DNA of 63,286 bases, counting the filler, from Reticulomyxa filosa (Eukaryota > Protista > Foraminifera), in NCBI GenBank assembly GCA_000512085.1. It is 28 parts of 28 records of this genome, joined end to end, with 100 filler letters (N's around TTAATTAATTAA, not from the genome) between each part and the next. Parts side by side here need not be neighbours in the genome. Positions count along the whole stretch, not along the records: positions 51,797 to 52,940 come from ASPP01002835.1; positions 53,041 to 54,163 come from ASPP01002477.1; positions 54,264 to 55,547 come from ASPP01023830.1; positions 55,648 to 59,770 come from ASPP01019819.1; positions 59,871 to 60,966 come from ASPP01026444.1; positions 61,067 to 62,174 come from ASPP01027141.1; positions 62,275 to 63,286 come from ASPP01022578.1; 21 more parts are not named here. One strand, written 5' to 3'. A model generated the notes under the pieces. The model did not search any database. It had not been told where the DNA came from and worked only from the letters and a program-made list of their open reading frames with translations. The position numbers were made by a program, and so were the translations under genes. Positions 52,498-63,286 of the stretch are shown here, piece after piece; the first letter of the stretch is position 1, and each line of letters opens with the position of its first letter.

Positions 52498-53799
52498 AGA
52501 ATCTGGAAATGTAAATCTTGTGAAATAATAGTAACAGGAGGTGCTTGTACACCCCTCTCCCCTCTCTCATCAAAACGAATTTTTTAACAATGTTACAACT
52601 ATTGCAAGATCAATTATTAGAAGAAGACGCCCAGCCCAGTCTTTTATTTTTTCTTTATTTTGGATTTGTTCAAAAATAGATTATGCATAATTTTTTTGGC
52701 ATAGCATTCAAAATGAATGCAACAATAATGTTAAATGAAAATGATGTTTTTTTTATTGAAAATGTGTTGTGTTGATCCAACAAAATATATTTTAGTGGAT
52801 CCACATTTTGTAATTAACTATTTTTTTTGCTTATTATTGACTACAATAACAATCATACGCAAAATAACATTAACCAATAAAACGATAATATCTGTTGACA
52901 AAATTACATACAAAAAATCTCTTGGTCACAGTCACGCAAANNNNNNNNNNNNNNNNNNNNNNNNNNNNNNNNNNNNNNNNNNNNTTAATTAATTAANNNN
53001 NNNNNNNNNNNNNNNNNNNNNNNNNNNNNNNNNNNNNNNNCTACTCCTGATGAGCTTCACAGCCGGACAGTAGTATCAAAGATGATAAATCAGATACTAA
53101 CAATCAAAGACAATGGAAATGCGTTTGGCAAGATGCAAGTCGTTTATTGTTGAAGGACAGCATATGGAAAGATGCGAAAGGCTTAACTTCATTGCAAAAA
53201 TCACTTGTTGAAACATATGGTGGAACTTTTTGATTTTTTTCTTTTTGAGGAATAATTAAATCTTTGTAAATTCATTGCTTTTGATACTTCTTCCAGAAAG
53301 ATAGTTTAACTTGTACAAAATAAATACCATTATTTTTTGAAATGAAGCTATTAGATCTCCTTTTCCTAACAAACGATTTTTTAAATATCAAACTTCCAAA
53401 ATAGTATAGATTGCCAATTAGGCTTTAAAAAAAATCGGTTGAACAAAGCATTAAAAAACAAGTGCTTAGTATATTATTTTTCAGTTTTGTTTATTGTTGT
53501 ATTCTATTGGCTCTTTTTTTCATTTATTTTTTTATTGAAGAAAGCGAATCTGTTGATCATCTAATCAAATGTTGTCAAAGACAGTTTGAAGCTTGTAATC
53601 TTAAGTTGATGATAATCTTTAACAACTTATCATGGAAACTACTTTTAAGGAATATGCGTTCAGTGTCTATGATAGTTATTTCTCATGATGTTAAAAAGTT
53701 GCTTCAACACTTAAAAACAAAGTATTTTTAAAAGGTACATTTTGATAGATAACCTAATGTATTTTCGCTTGAGTTCTAATTCTATTTCCAGAATCCGCG

Positions 53800-54114
53800 A
53801 AAATAGTTCCAACTTACAACCAGTGTTACAATTACTCGAATGTCAGAAAATCGCAGTTGCGCAATCCGAAGAGAGATACAAGTAACAAAAAAAAAGGGAG
53901 CGAAAGAAGGGAGGACCGGAGGTAATATGTAATGGAAAGAAAAAAAAAGAGACAAACTGTGTTGGAAAAAAAAGAGTAGCGCTGTCTGATGGCATTGATT
54001 GGATGGAAGGAATGCTTGCAAAGGAAATGTCACAAATGGCAAAGAATGGTGAATTAGAGAAATATGTAATTATTAAATTGACACGATACATGTGTCATCA
54101 CATTAACAACAAGC
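53800..54114 (+). CDS. RPA1: Replication protein A 70-kDa subunit, N-terminal OB fold (intron 53882-53974)
   Basis: Spliced QPVLQLLECQKI...EERYK|VALSDGIDWMEGMLAKEMSQMAKNGELEKYVIIKLTRYMC matches RPA70N. Confidence 0.8.
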
Positions 54115-54263
54115 AGTTCAAATGCTTTTTTTTTAAAAAAAAAAAAAAAAACGGATTTGAAACNNNNNNNNNNNNNNNNNNNNNNNNNNNNNNNNNNNNN
54201 NNNNNNNTTAATTAATTAANNNNNNNNNNNNNNNNNNNNNNNNNNNNNNNNNNNNNNNNNNNN

Positions 54264-54552
54264 AAAAAAATAGTTGAAATATTTCAAACTATTCGAAGTC
54301 ATTCCACTATCTTTCTATGATCTAGAAAAAGCTATATTTTCCTCTGATGGTACTAAGGCCATTTTAGTCTCAAAGTATAAATCAATTCAATTATGGGATA
54401 TAAAAATACCAGAAATGAGAATATTAGAATGTTCAGATGCATTTGATTTTGCACAATTTTCAGCAGATGAAAATGTAATAATATCATGTTCAAATGATCA
54501 CACAATCAAATTTTGGGATGTAAAATCATGTAAAGTGATAAAAAAAATTTAA
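54264..54552 (+). CDS. WD40-repeat fragment
   Basis: FSSDGTK...SIQLWD and FSADENVIISCSNDHTIKFWDVKS. Confidence 0.7.
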
Positions 54553-54579
54553 ACTTCCGTATACATGGAAAGGTCAATT

Positions 54580-55490
54580 CTAAGCAAATGGAAAAATTTT
54601 TGCATCTTGTGTCGGGGCAGTTAATGTCTCTTTTTTTTGCCACAGAGCAGTTTTGTTCTCATCTACATTGGTGACACCTTCTTTGATACTTGACGTCGAA
54701 TAGTCCTCTTTTTTCTCTTTCACATTTGTTCCTGTAACATAACGAACAATTTCAGGAACGGATTTCTGCATCATTTCCAACAAAAAACATACATCGATTG
54801 TAGTTACAAATTCCTTCAGTGTTTTATACGTACACGTGTGTAGTACACTTTTATTATTCATTTGAGAACAAAACTTTAATAGTAGTGGAAGTAGCAAAAT
54901 CGACAGAGGAAAATCTGAAGCCAGGATTTCTCTCCAACAGCTCAAACACCAACGGGAATTTTTTTTTGTAGTCAATGAGCAAGTCGATGGCTTTGTCAGA
55001 GAATTCAATTTCATAATTAAGGTTGGGCGAGGGATGATACATGGAATAGATATCCTCTTGTTCATTATAGCCATTTTGTCTGTAGTTGTAGGAGCGCGGC
55101 GTTGCACGTACATAACCTGGAACGAGGAGTTGTTGAGCGGTGATTTTGAGCTTGAGTCCGAGATCAAAGTCTTCCCGTCCATGTCTGGCAATGATCACTC
55201 CACAGAGACGAGAAAGGATGTTGGGCGACGTCCCCACTTCTCGCGCTGCCGCGTTCAGGCTGTAATACCTGATTTTCTGTTGGTATGTTTTGATAAGGTC
55301 ATACGCAAAGTTTTTGAACTCAAATCGTATGGTCACTTGGACATTGACACAATTACTATCCGGGTTGTCACTCAGAAGGATCCTCCCAACTTTGCCTAAG
55401 AACTCGCAATACTGTCCAGTATACATTACTAGCTGACCCACAGACAATTCCTTCTTCACGTCTATGTATCTGAATATATTATTTGGATCA
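54580..55490 (-). CDS. XRN1: Xrn1 5'-3' exoribonuclease C-terminal region, internal fragment, apparently disrupted near 54854
   Basis: YYSLNAAAREVG...LSRLCG, DLGLKLK...LVPGYVR and EFSDKAIDLLIDYKKKFP correspond to the Xrn1 winged-helix region. Confidence 0.7.
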
Positions 55491-55515
55491 ATTCATTGTT
55501 ATTGTTAGGTGCATT

Positions 55516-55547
<32 letters not shown>

Positions 55548-58500
55548 NNNNNNNNNNNNNNNNNNNNNNNNNNNNNNNNNNNNNNNNNNNNTTAATTAAT
55601 TAANNNNNNNNNNNNNNNNNNNNNNNNNNNNNNNNNNNNNNNNNNNNGAACTTTCATTAAAAAAAAGAAATTTGTAATTTTCAATTTTGATCAACATATT
55701 TCATCAAAATAAAATACTTTTAATTCAAATATTTGATCAAGATTACTTTGCGATACTTTTCATATCAACAGGAAAAAAAAAGTTTTTTTTGAAAATCTAA
55801 ATCTAGCAACATTTGAACAAGATCTTTCAAATGAAAACTAGTAGCGTTATTGTTCCTTGACATTTGTGACTTTCTAAGTTTTTTAAAGTTCTTACGACGC
55901 TGTTACAACGAAAACACAGTGCAAGACCTTCTAAAGTTAAGTTGAATATTACCCAACTTTTTTCATTTTGAAATAAATAGCACAAAAAAAACAAAGAAAA
56001 AGAACAGACCTCAAAATGAAACAAAAAATAAAGTCGAGACATAATACTGTGCAGAAGGTAGCACTAAATTCACATGCAAATAGTTTGTGATTATCAATGA
56101 AAAGAGAAGGCGATGACATCCCTTTTATAATCATTTTTTAATTAAATAATTTAAGAGTCATTGTTGCTGTATTTGTAAATCTTATCAGGCGACACATACA
56201 ACGACAAAACTGTCGCCTTACCATGATTTGGATGCTGGACAAGAGAATCACAAATATCGCAAAAGGAATGGCAAATACTTTGGTGCAATCTCGATTATTC
56301 TTAGTTGGTGCAGGCAATGCCTACAAAATCGATAATTAAAAAATATGATGATAGATACATATCTTTTTTTTTGGTATGTATGTTGGCTCTAATAATCTTA
56401 GCCCCTTTTTGATGTGGGCACTAACGAACTTTTTGTATATTTTATGTTAAACGTATAAATAGTCTTAATGATCAAGTATTCTTGACATCAAGAATTCTGT
56501 ATTTTTGAATTTTTTTTGTTATAAATGGATTGACTAAAATTTATTTTATTTAATAAAGAATTTTTTTTACAAAACATTTCTTAAAACATTTAGCGCTTTT
56601 TCTTTCTGTTATAAGCTGAACAGTATCCTGATGTTGACAACAACACCTTAAGGGAATTATCTATCAATTGGTGTAATTACAACAAGTTTACTTATTATTG
56701 TTTCAAAATTTGAAAAAAAATATCAAAAACTGAATAAAATTTTAAAAAAGATGTATTTTTTCAACTCTAATCCAAGTTTTTTTTTTTGTAGAATAATAAC
56801 ATTTAGACCGAGTTTTTATTTTCCAGTTCACAATTAGAACTATTTCTCAATTTGATTACACTCGCGTGGTTACAATTCACAAATTCATATCAAATTCTCT
56901 TCACACATTCAGCCAAAGAGAAATATATCACCACTCTCTTTAAATTCATGTGCATATCAATATACTTTCAAGTTCATCCTTGAACAATACATTAATTATC
57001 TTTTTTTATATTTGCTTGGCCATGTATCTACTGGTAGGCAACTCGGACCCTCTTTGTGCATCATCATTTGGACTATATTTACACTTGCTTGGAGGAAATA
57101 TCTAATTTATGTTTGAGACTTAGTTTCTGTATTAACACATGCAAAAACTTTAAATATTCGAGTTAATGATCCAAAGTTTCATAGTTTTCGACGAGTTATT
57201 TGTTTCTTTTTTTATTAATATTTTCGTTCAATCTTAATTTGGTATCTTCTTTCCAAAGGTAATTGAATCAATAAATAATACAATCATTTCCTTGCTAATC
57301 GGGTATAATTAACAATCTACTCATAATTTTAATATTTTCCATACATCTCTTTTTTTTTTTGTAGCATATATTCTCTATTAATGATTATCTTAATTTAATA
57401 TTGAAGATATCTTTTTAATTATTATCATCTAATTATAAAACTTTACAAGTACAATTTTGTATATTTACTTTTAATTTATCAATCCAATTTCTTTTTTCAT
57501 TTGATAAATCATTAAATATTAATTAAAAAAGTGATGTTGTTTCATATTTTAAGAATACACTTTTTATTGAGACTAGCAGTTATTTTTTATTTGCATAATA
57601 TGGCAGGTACAATAGCTTGTAAATACTAACAAGAAGAAGAATCTCTTGTTTGTATTTTATTTTGGCTAGTAATTTTGACGATGTACCAAATAACTTGAAA
57701 ACATTCCGGTGGGGCTGTTGATGTTGTAAATCTTTAGCAGATACATCTAATAATGGAATTATTGCACTTGCCATGATTTTGACTTTTTAACGAGAGTAGC
57801 ACATTCCTTTTACTACATCTACAAGCTTATGCACTGTCGTCTATTTCTTGGTTGTTTTGGTAACTCTTGGATAAATAATTAACATTCCAGTTGGTGCACA
57901 TAATGTACAAAAACGAGCAACTCCTTTTTTTTATTATTGTAATTTTCTCATTCAAATACAAATTGATATCAGGAACGTTGTATTTTTAATTTCTTAATAA
58001 TAAATGAATAATTTGTTTAAAAGTTCATCAGTAACATTTCAATATATTCTTTTTAAAATTAAACCTAAGTAAGTATCGATTATACGGTTACGCTTCAAAA
58101 TAATAAAAAAATATTTTTAATTGAAACAAAATTATGACAAATTGAAGAATTCCTTTAAAAGGATCTAGTTCCAGATTTTTTATTTTTCTATCGATTTTCA
58201 AAGCTTAGAAAGATAATTTTTTAATTAATATATTATAGACGACTTTATAGTTGAAACTGTTCAAATAAGAAATTGTTATTTAATGACAAAAAAAATTATC
58301 ACAATTGCATTGTTACACATAATAATCGAAAAATTATTTAATCTTTTGATTGCTCTTGCAGCTAAAATTATTTGCTTCAAATAAAAGATATGGATGTATA
58401 ATGACAATTATTAAAGAAACTTCTATCGTGATAAATATTTTGATTACTTTTTTTCAACTGGCAACAAGTAATAAAGGAAAATTAGAAAAATACAAACGCT

Positions 58501-60307
58501 GTGCAAAGTAGAGAATAGAGAAGATAATCAAAAGTCAATTCACTGCAAATGATTTTTCAGATGGAATTTACCTACCAAAAAATGTTATAATAATGTCAAC
58601 TATACCATCTTTACTTCATAAATGAAAAATTGAGTCAACGGTCACAATAATGACATTTTTCAAAACGCGAAAAATCGTGTTTTCAAATAAAAAAGATAAA
58701 TTGTTGGAAGCAGTATTTTTGTTTCGGGTGCTATGAGTAAATATTTTGACGACGATTAGCGTTTGGATTAAATTAATATCTATTGAAAATATAGTATCAT
58801 GTCGACTTCGTGGATCATCTCATTGAAGCAACTATCTGAAAATGCACTATTATCATTTTTTCAAAATTTACCAAATATACTTATTTTCTCAATTGTCAGC
58901 GACGAAGATCCAATCCAAAAGCATGTCAAACAAATCTCAGATCATTTAATGGCAACTCGTTGATGAGTCATTAGTAAAGAATTTTCATTATGACAAAAGG
59001 CAATCAACATCATTAGAATAAGACAACACCAAAAAATCGGCATATAATATGTGTAATCAACAGTTTGGAAAGTGATAAGCAAGAAATTTTAGTCTTTTAC
59101 CAAAAGATCATTTATTTTTGCACAAAAAACGATCACAAGAACAAACGGACACAATCTTTTTTTAATGCTTTATTAAATGCAATAAGAATAGTTTTTGATC
59201 TTGTAGTGTTCATTGCTTGCGGACACTGAACAAAAGATTGACTATTCAGCATTATCTGATAATAATTTGGTGAAATAACGCTTTGCAGCGCATTAATACT
59301 GTCACAATGACTTACATTTTGGACGACATGTTTCGATAAACCTCTTTTTCATTCTCTTTGTTTTTGTGTTGAAATAAAATAAGAAGTTCAACATTATTTC
59401 CATTTTATCAAAGCAAATAAACTTCAGCAATATCCAAAGAATGAAGCTAATGACAAATAAAAAAAAAAAAAAAAATGGAACTACGTTCCCCTTTTCTCAA
59501 ATAAAAACTGGTTTATTTTTTCAAAAAAAATAAAAAATGAACATATAATTATTGAATATTCTCTTTGAGTGATGATATTACTAAAGACAGTTCCATTTGA
59601 AGTGGAAATGCTAAACAACAAAGTTTCTTTGCTGATCCATAATACAAGAAATATCAATCAAAGGTATTTACTTCTTTCAATCATCAACAAATAATTGATC
59701 ATGAATAAATGGAATCTATTACTTGAACTTGTTGTTTAATATTTTTGTTCAATAGATCGTAGATCAGTGANNNNNNNNNNNNNNNNNNNNNNNNNNNNNN
59801 NNNNNNNNNNNNNNTTAATTAATTAANNNNNNNNNNNNNNNNNNNNNNNNNNNNNNNNNNNNNNNNNNNNAAAAAAAAACAACAGCCCTTTGAAAAGTGC
59901 CAATAAAAAAAAACTTTGTAAAGTCTTTGAATGTGAATAGTGCAAAACCAATGAAACTTCCACATGGACGTGGAAATCGACGCAAATGTAATACTGGAAT
60001 TGTGGGTCGATATTGATAATGTTGTGCAATTGCGACGTAATAGTAGACAATTTGATATAGAAGAAACAAAATAGTCTTTTAAAATATTTGCTTGAATCGT
60101 TTGTTTTAAATTTTATTTGCAATTTGTGCGATGTATTTTATAATTTACACGAATTTCCCAAAATATCTTATTAAAGCGTACAAAAATATTACAAAAGTTT
60201 TTTTTTCTTAAAGGATAAAAATTCCAAAAATAAATTAAACAACAATCCAAAGTATAAACTGAATAAATTCAAAAATGAAAATCAAAACAAAATTTCATTC
60301 CACATGT

Positions 60308-60966
60308 TCATCCCCAAACACGAATTAGACCATTACCTAAGCCATAATATAAATTAACATCACAATCACTTTTTAATTTTTGTTCATTATCATTTACTCT
60401 TTTTTTCAATGATACAAATTTAAGACATTTTATTTTTGTATCTTCGATATAATACAATTCATTCTCATTTGATCGAATATCCCAAAAACGAATTGTATTA
60501 TCATATGATCCAGAACATATTACATTCGAATTACCAATATCATTCTTTATTACAAATGGTGAATATTCAACAGACAATACTTCATTTGTATGTCCATTGA
60601 ACACTTGAACTTGTTGACCAAATCGAATATCCCACAAACGAACACTTTTATCATCTGATCCAGATAATATTGTATTCAATAATTCATTTGACCCATATTT
60701 TACACTATTCACATCATCTTCATGTCCTTTGAATACATTGAATTGTCTTGTTGTTTCAATATCCCATATTCGAATGGTTTTATCAAATGACCCAGAACAA
60801 ATTGTATATCCATTTCCACCAACCACACCAATATTATTCATTTTATTATTATCATTGTTATTATTGCTTTGTAATGGTGAAATATCAACACACCAAATAG
60901 TATGTTCATGTCCATTGAAAATATGTAATGATTCTGATGTTTCAACATCCCATAAATGAATTGTTT
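60308..60966 (-). CDS. WD40-repeat protein, 3' half; close paralog of 48107-49483
   Basis: Near-identical blocks GGNGYTICSGS, KYGSNEL, EYSPFVIKN.IGNSNVICSGS..NTIRFWDIRSN; ends IRVWG. Confidence 0.9.
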
Positions 60967-62298
60967 NNNNNNNNNNNNNNNNNNNNNNNNNNNNNNNNNN
61001 NNNNNNNNNNTTAATTAATTAANNNNNNNNNNNNNNNNNNNNNNNNNNNNNNNNNNNNNNNNNNNNGTCACAGATACGCTTCAGCTTACACTCCCAAAAC
61101 ACCAAACGAATATTTCCTTCTCGCAGTGGCACTGTACTGAACGAACGGTAAGGTCTCGTGCGTGCTCCGTAACCCCCATCATCATCATCCACTTGTGCTG
61201 CTATCGTTGCTAATGTTTCCTTTACTTCTTCTGCTGGAAAGGTTGCTGTGTCTTTGTTTGCATCCTTTGCTTCTCCCCCCTTTCAATATTTATATTTATA
61301 TTTATGGTATATATATACATATATATAATTTCTTTTTTGACATAAATTGAACCAATCATACATTTTTATATTTCATGTGATAGACGTAGCTATTCTCGTC
61401 TCTTTCGATAAACGGATGGAAGAAGGAGGATTTATGAACACCTGTGATGGCTCTTGCAATTGTGTCTTCATTACCACTTTAAAGCCGTGTTTTGTTCGTC
61501 ACGCATACAAAAAATAAAACAAATGGGCTCCCTATAGCAAGAAATTTGAAAGAAAAAGCATAGAGAAATAATTATAACCCTGAAAGCTGTTGTATTTCAA
61601 CGGCCATGTTTTGGTACCTTCAATATTGATTATTGAGATTATATCAACAAAAAAAAAGTCTTTACAACGTACGGGATATTGAAATAGTCAACCAATTCAT
61701 TGTATTTGAGGTCATGCAATTGGATTTATTGCATAAAATATGGATCAAATTTCCCGGTTCAACATTTCAACTTAATGTAATGGCCTGACTTGGCCTTAAT
61801 TATTTCTGATAATTTTTTTTTTAATGACAAGAGTTGCATATGGTGGAGTAAAGGAGATTAATTATTCATTTAAAATTTTGTTTTCTTAGATTTCAAAAAT
61901 TCCTTTTCGATATTAAAACATATTATAGACTTTATAAAGATTTTTTTTTAACTAGACGTTTTCCAATTTATGAACTGTGTAATGGAAAGGATAGAAAGTT
62001 TATAAGTATTTAGAAATAGATTAGAGCTCAGTTTGCGCTTGTTAATTTTGTTTTGTGGTATTTCCTAGCAGTGTCGAATGGCATGTGGAACTATTTGCGA
62101 CAAGACACAGCAATACAAATGGAAAGTCTGGATGGAAGTAGTAATGATAGTAGCAGATATAAGCAAGAGCGTAANNNNNNNNNNNNNNNNNNNNNNNNNN
62201 NNNNNNNNNNNNNNNNNNTTAATTAATTAANNNNNNNNNNNNNNNNNNNNNNNNNNNNNNNNNNNNNNNNNNNNTTCAAACACAACCAACCCCTAGCC

Positions 62299-62330
62299 AA
62301 AAAAACGCCAGTCAGCGTTAACTGACTGGC
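62299..62330 (-). terminator. Rho-independent terminator
   Basis: 9-bp stem GCCAGTCAG/CTGACTGGC with a 6-nt loop, followed on the minus strand by G and T7; 23 nt after the stop codon. Confidence 0.85.
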
Positions 62331-62353
62331 ATTACCTACGGTGGCCTTGTGCT

Positions 62354-63286
62354 TTATGCAACAGAAGCGCTGGCCGGCGCCAGCTGGCGCAGCTCGGCGT
62401 TGTCCATCGGCTTCTTGATGAACGACGCCAGCAGCTTGTAGGTATCCACATCGAAGCGCGGCGTGCCCTGCGGCGCCTGCGCCTCGTCGCGGCGGCTACC
62501 CAAGTAACACCAGCGGTCGAACAGGTGCTCTTCCCACTCGCCGCTTACCGGGTCGGTCTCGCGTACTGCCACCGGCCCCGGGTACGGCCAGCTTTTCACC
62601 TTGATCTTGCCCAGCGCATGCAGCAGGCGCAGGTTGTGATGGTCGGCATCTTCCTTGCCGATACAGGCGCCCTTGCAACGGCCGATCTGGTAGGCAAAGC
62701 AGGCACCCTTGCGTGCGCCGCGCTTTTCCAGCTGCAGACAGGTCTGGCACAGGCCGTTGGCCTCGCACAGCTCGGTTAGCGCCTTTTTGGCCTCTTTCTG
62801 GGTGCGGAACAGGCCGTAAATGGCGTCCAGGCGGGCAAAGTCCATATCGCGGGCGTAGACGATGCGCGGCAGTAGAAAGCCATCACCATCGCGCGCCAAC
62901 TGCAACGTGCACAGCTCCTGCTCCAGCCGGCCGCGCTGGTTGTGCAGCGGCTTCTTGTCCTTGATCAGCTGCAGCTCCAGCAGCAAGGCGCCGAACTCGC
63001 CCACGGTCTCCACCCACTCCACGTGGCGGATTTCCTGGCTGATGCGCATTTCCTTGTGCTGGCGGTGGTCGCCGCTGAAGTGCGACAACACGCGGCTGCG
63101 CAGGTTGACGCTCTTGCCCACGTACAGCGGCAGCCGTTTCTCGTCAAAGAACAGGTAGACGCCGGGCACGTCAGGCAGGTTGTCCACCACTTCCGGGTCC
63201 AGCCCCGGCGGCACCGACGGCAAGGCCATCAGTTCGCGGGCGGCGTCTTCCACCGTCTGCTGGCCCAGCGTCTGCAAGGTTTGCTG
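62354..63286 (-). CDS. Bacterial GIY-YIG nuclease of UvrC/Cho type (probably the C-terminal half of a DEDDh exonuclease-GIY-YIG fusion), 5'-truncated
   Basis: LPDVPGVYLFFD...LYVGKSVNLRSRVLSHF, ALLLELQLIKDKKPLHN and Cys cluster CFAYQIGRCKGACIG. GC-rich, intronless, frame open to the window edge. Confidence 0.88.
   Translation of the reverse strand, partial: QQTLQTLGQQTVEDAARELMALPSVPPGLDPEVVDNLPDVPGVYLFFDEKRLPLYVGKSVNLRSRVLSHFSGDHRQHKEMRISQEIRHVEWVETVGEFGALLLELQLIKDKKPLHNQRGRLEQELCTLQLARDGDGFLLPRIVYARDMDFARLDAIYGLFRTQKEAKKALTELCEANGLCQTCLQLEKRGARKGACFAYQIGRCKGACIGKEDADHHNLRLLHALGKIKVKSWPYPGPVAVRETDPVSGEWEEHLFDRWCYLGSRRDEAQAPQGTPRFDVDTYKLLASFIKKPMDNAELRQLAPASASVA

Noticed and set aside
53041-53075. 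Hammerhead ribozyme or C/D snoRNA (CTGATGA followed by a small stem)
   Set aside because: No GAAA after stem II and no convincing D box.
55648-59770. 4-kb contig with no long ORF
   Set aside because: No repeats, RNA genes or protein motifs identified; treated as intergenic or eroded DNA.
61660-61745. Kinase-like snippet FIVFEVMQLDLLHKI
   Set aside because: Too short, with no supporting HRD or DFG motifs.

Overview
This window is not one locus. It is 28 short contigs (about 1.0-5.0 kb) joined by 27 identical artificial 100-bp spacers (N44-TTAATTAATTAA-N44), so nothing can be inferred from adjacency across a spacer. Twenty-seven contigs are AT-rich, intron-containing eukaryotic DNA. The repeated WD40 family (NGGRYLCSGSxDxTIRxWD), the degraded gene copies and the HSPA12/RNF213-like families resemble the foraminiferan Reticulomyxa filosa (inference from recalled family patterns, not a search). 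Recognisable genes or fragments: RNF213-like C-terminus, several WD40 copies, a mucin-stalk/TM/SAM membrane protein, PDK1-like kinase, a SAM protein, HEAT-ankyrin pseudogene, a 7-exon kinesin, TM9SF, plastid-type ascorbate peroxidase, a triple-PUB protein, Sec31, GLDH and copine pseudogenes, a PARP-like domain, a LINE relic, Atg11, Las1, HSPA12-like, RPA1 and Xrn1. The last contig (62275-63286) is GC-rich bacterial DNA (GIY-YIG/UvrC-Cho-like gene plus terminator). Most notable: a kinesin with a SAM-like module and an ~89-aa acidic loop inserted inside its motor domain; a chloroplast-type APX with a perfect PTS2 signal; introns with GTT donors and A-rich acceptors; and a 1.1-kb nested fold-back palindrome. 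No CRISPR array, rRNA or tRNA was found.
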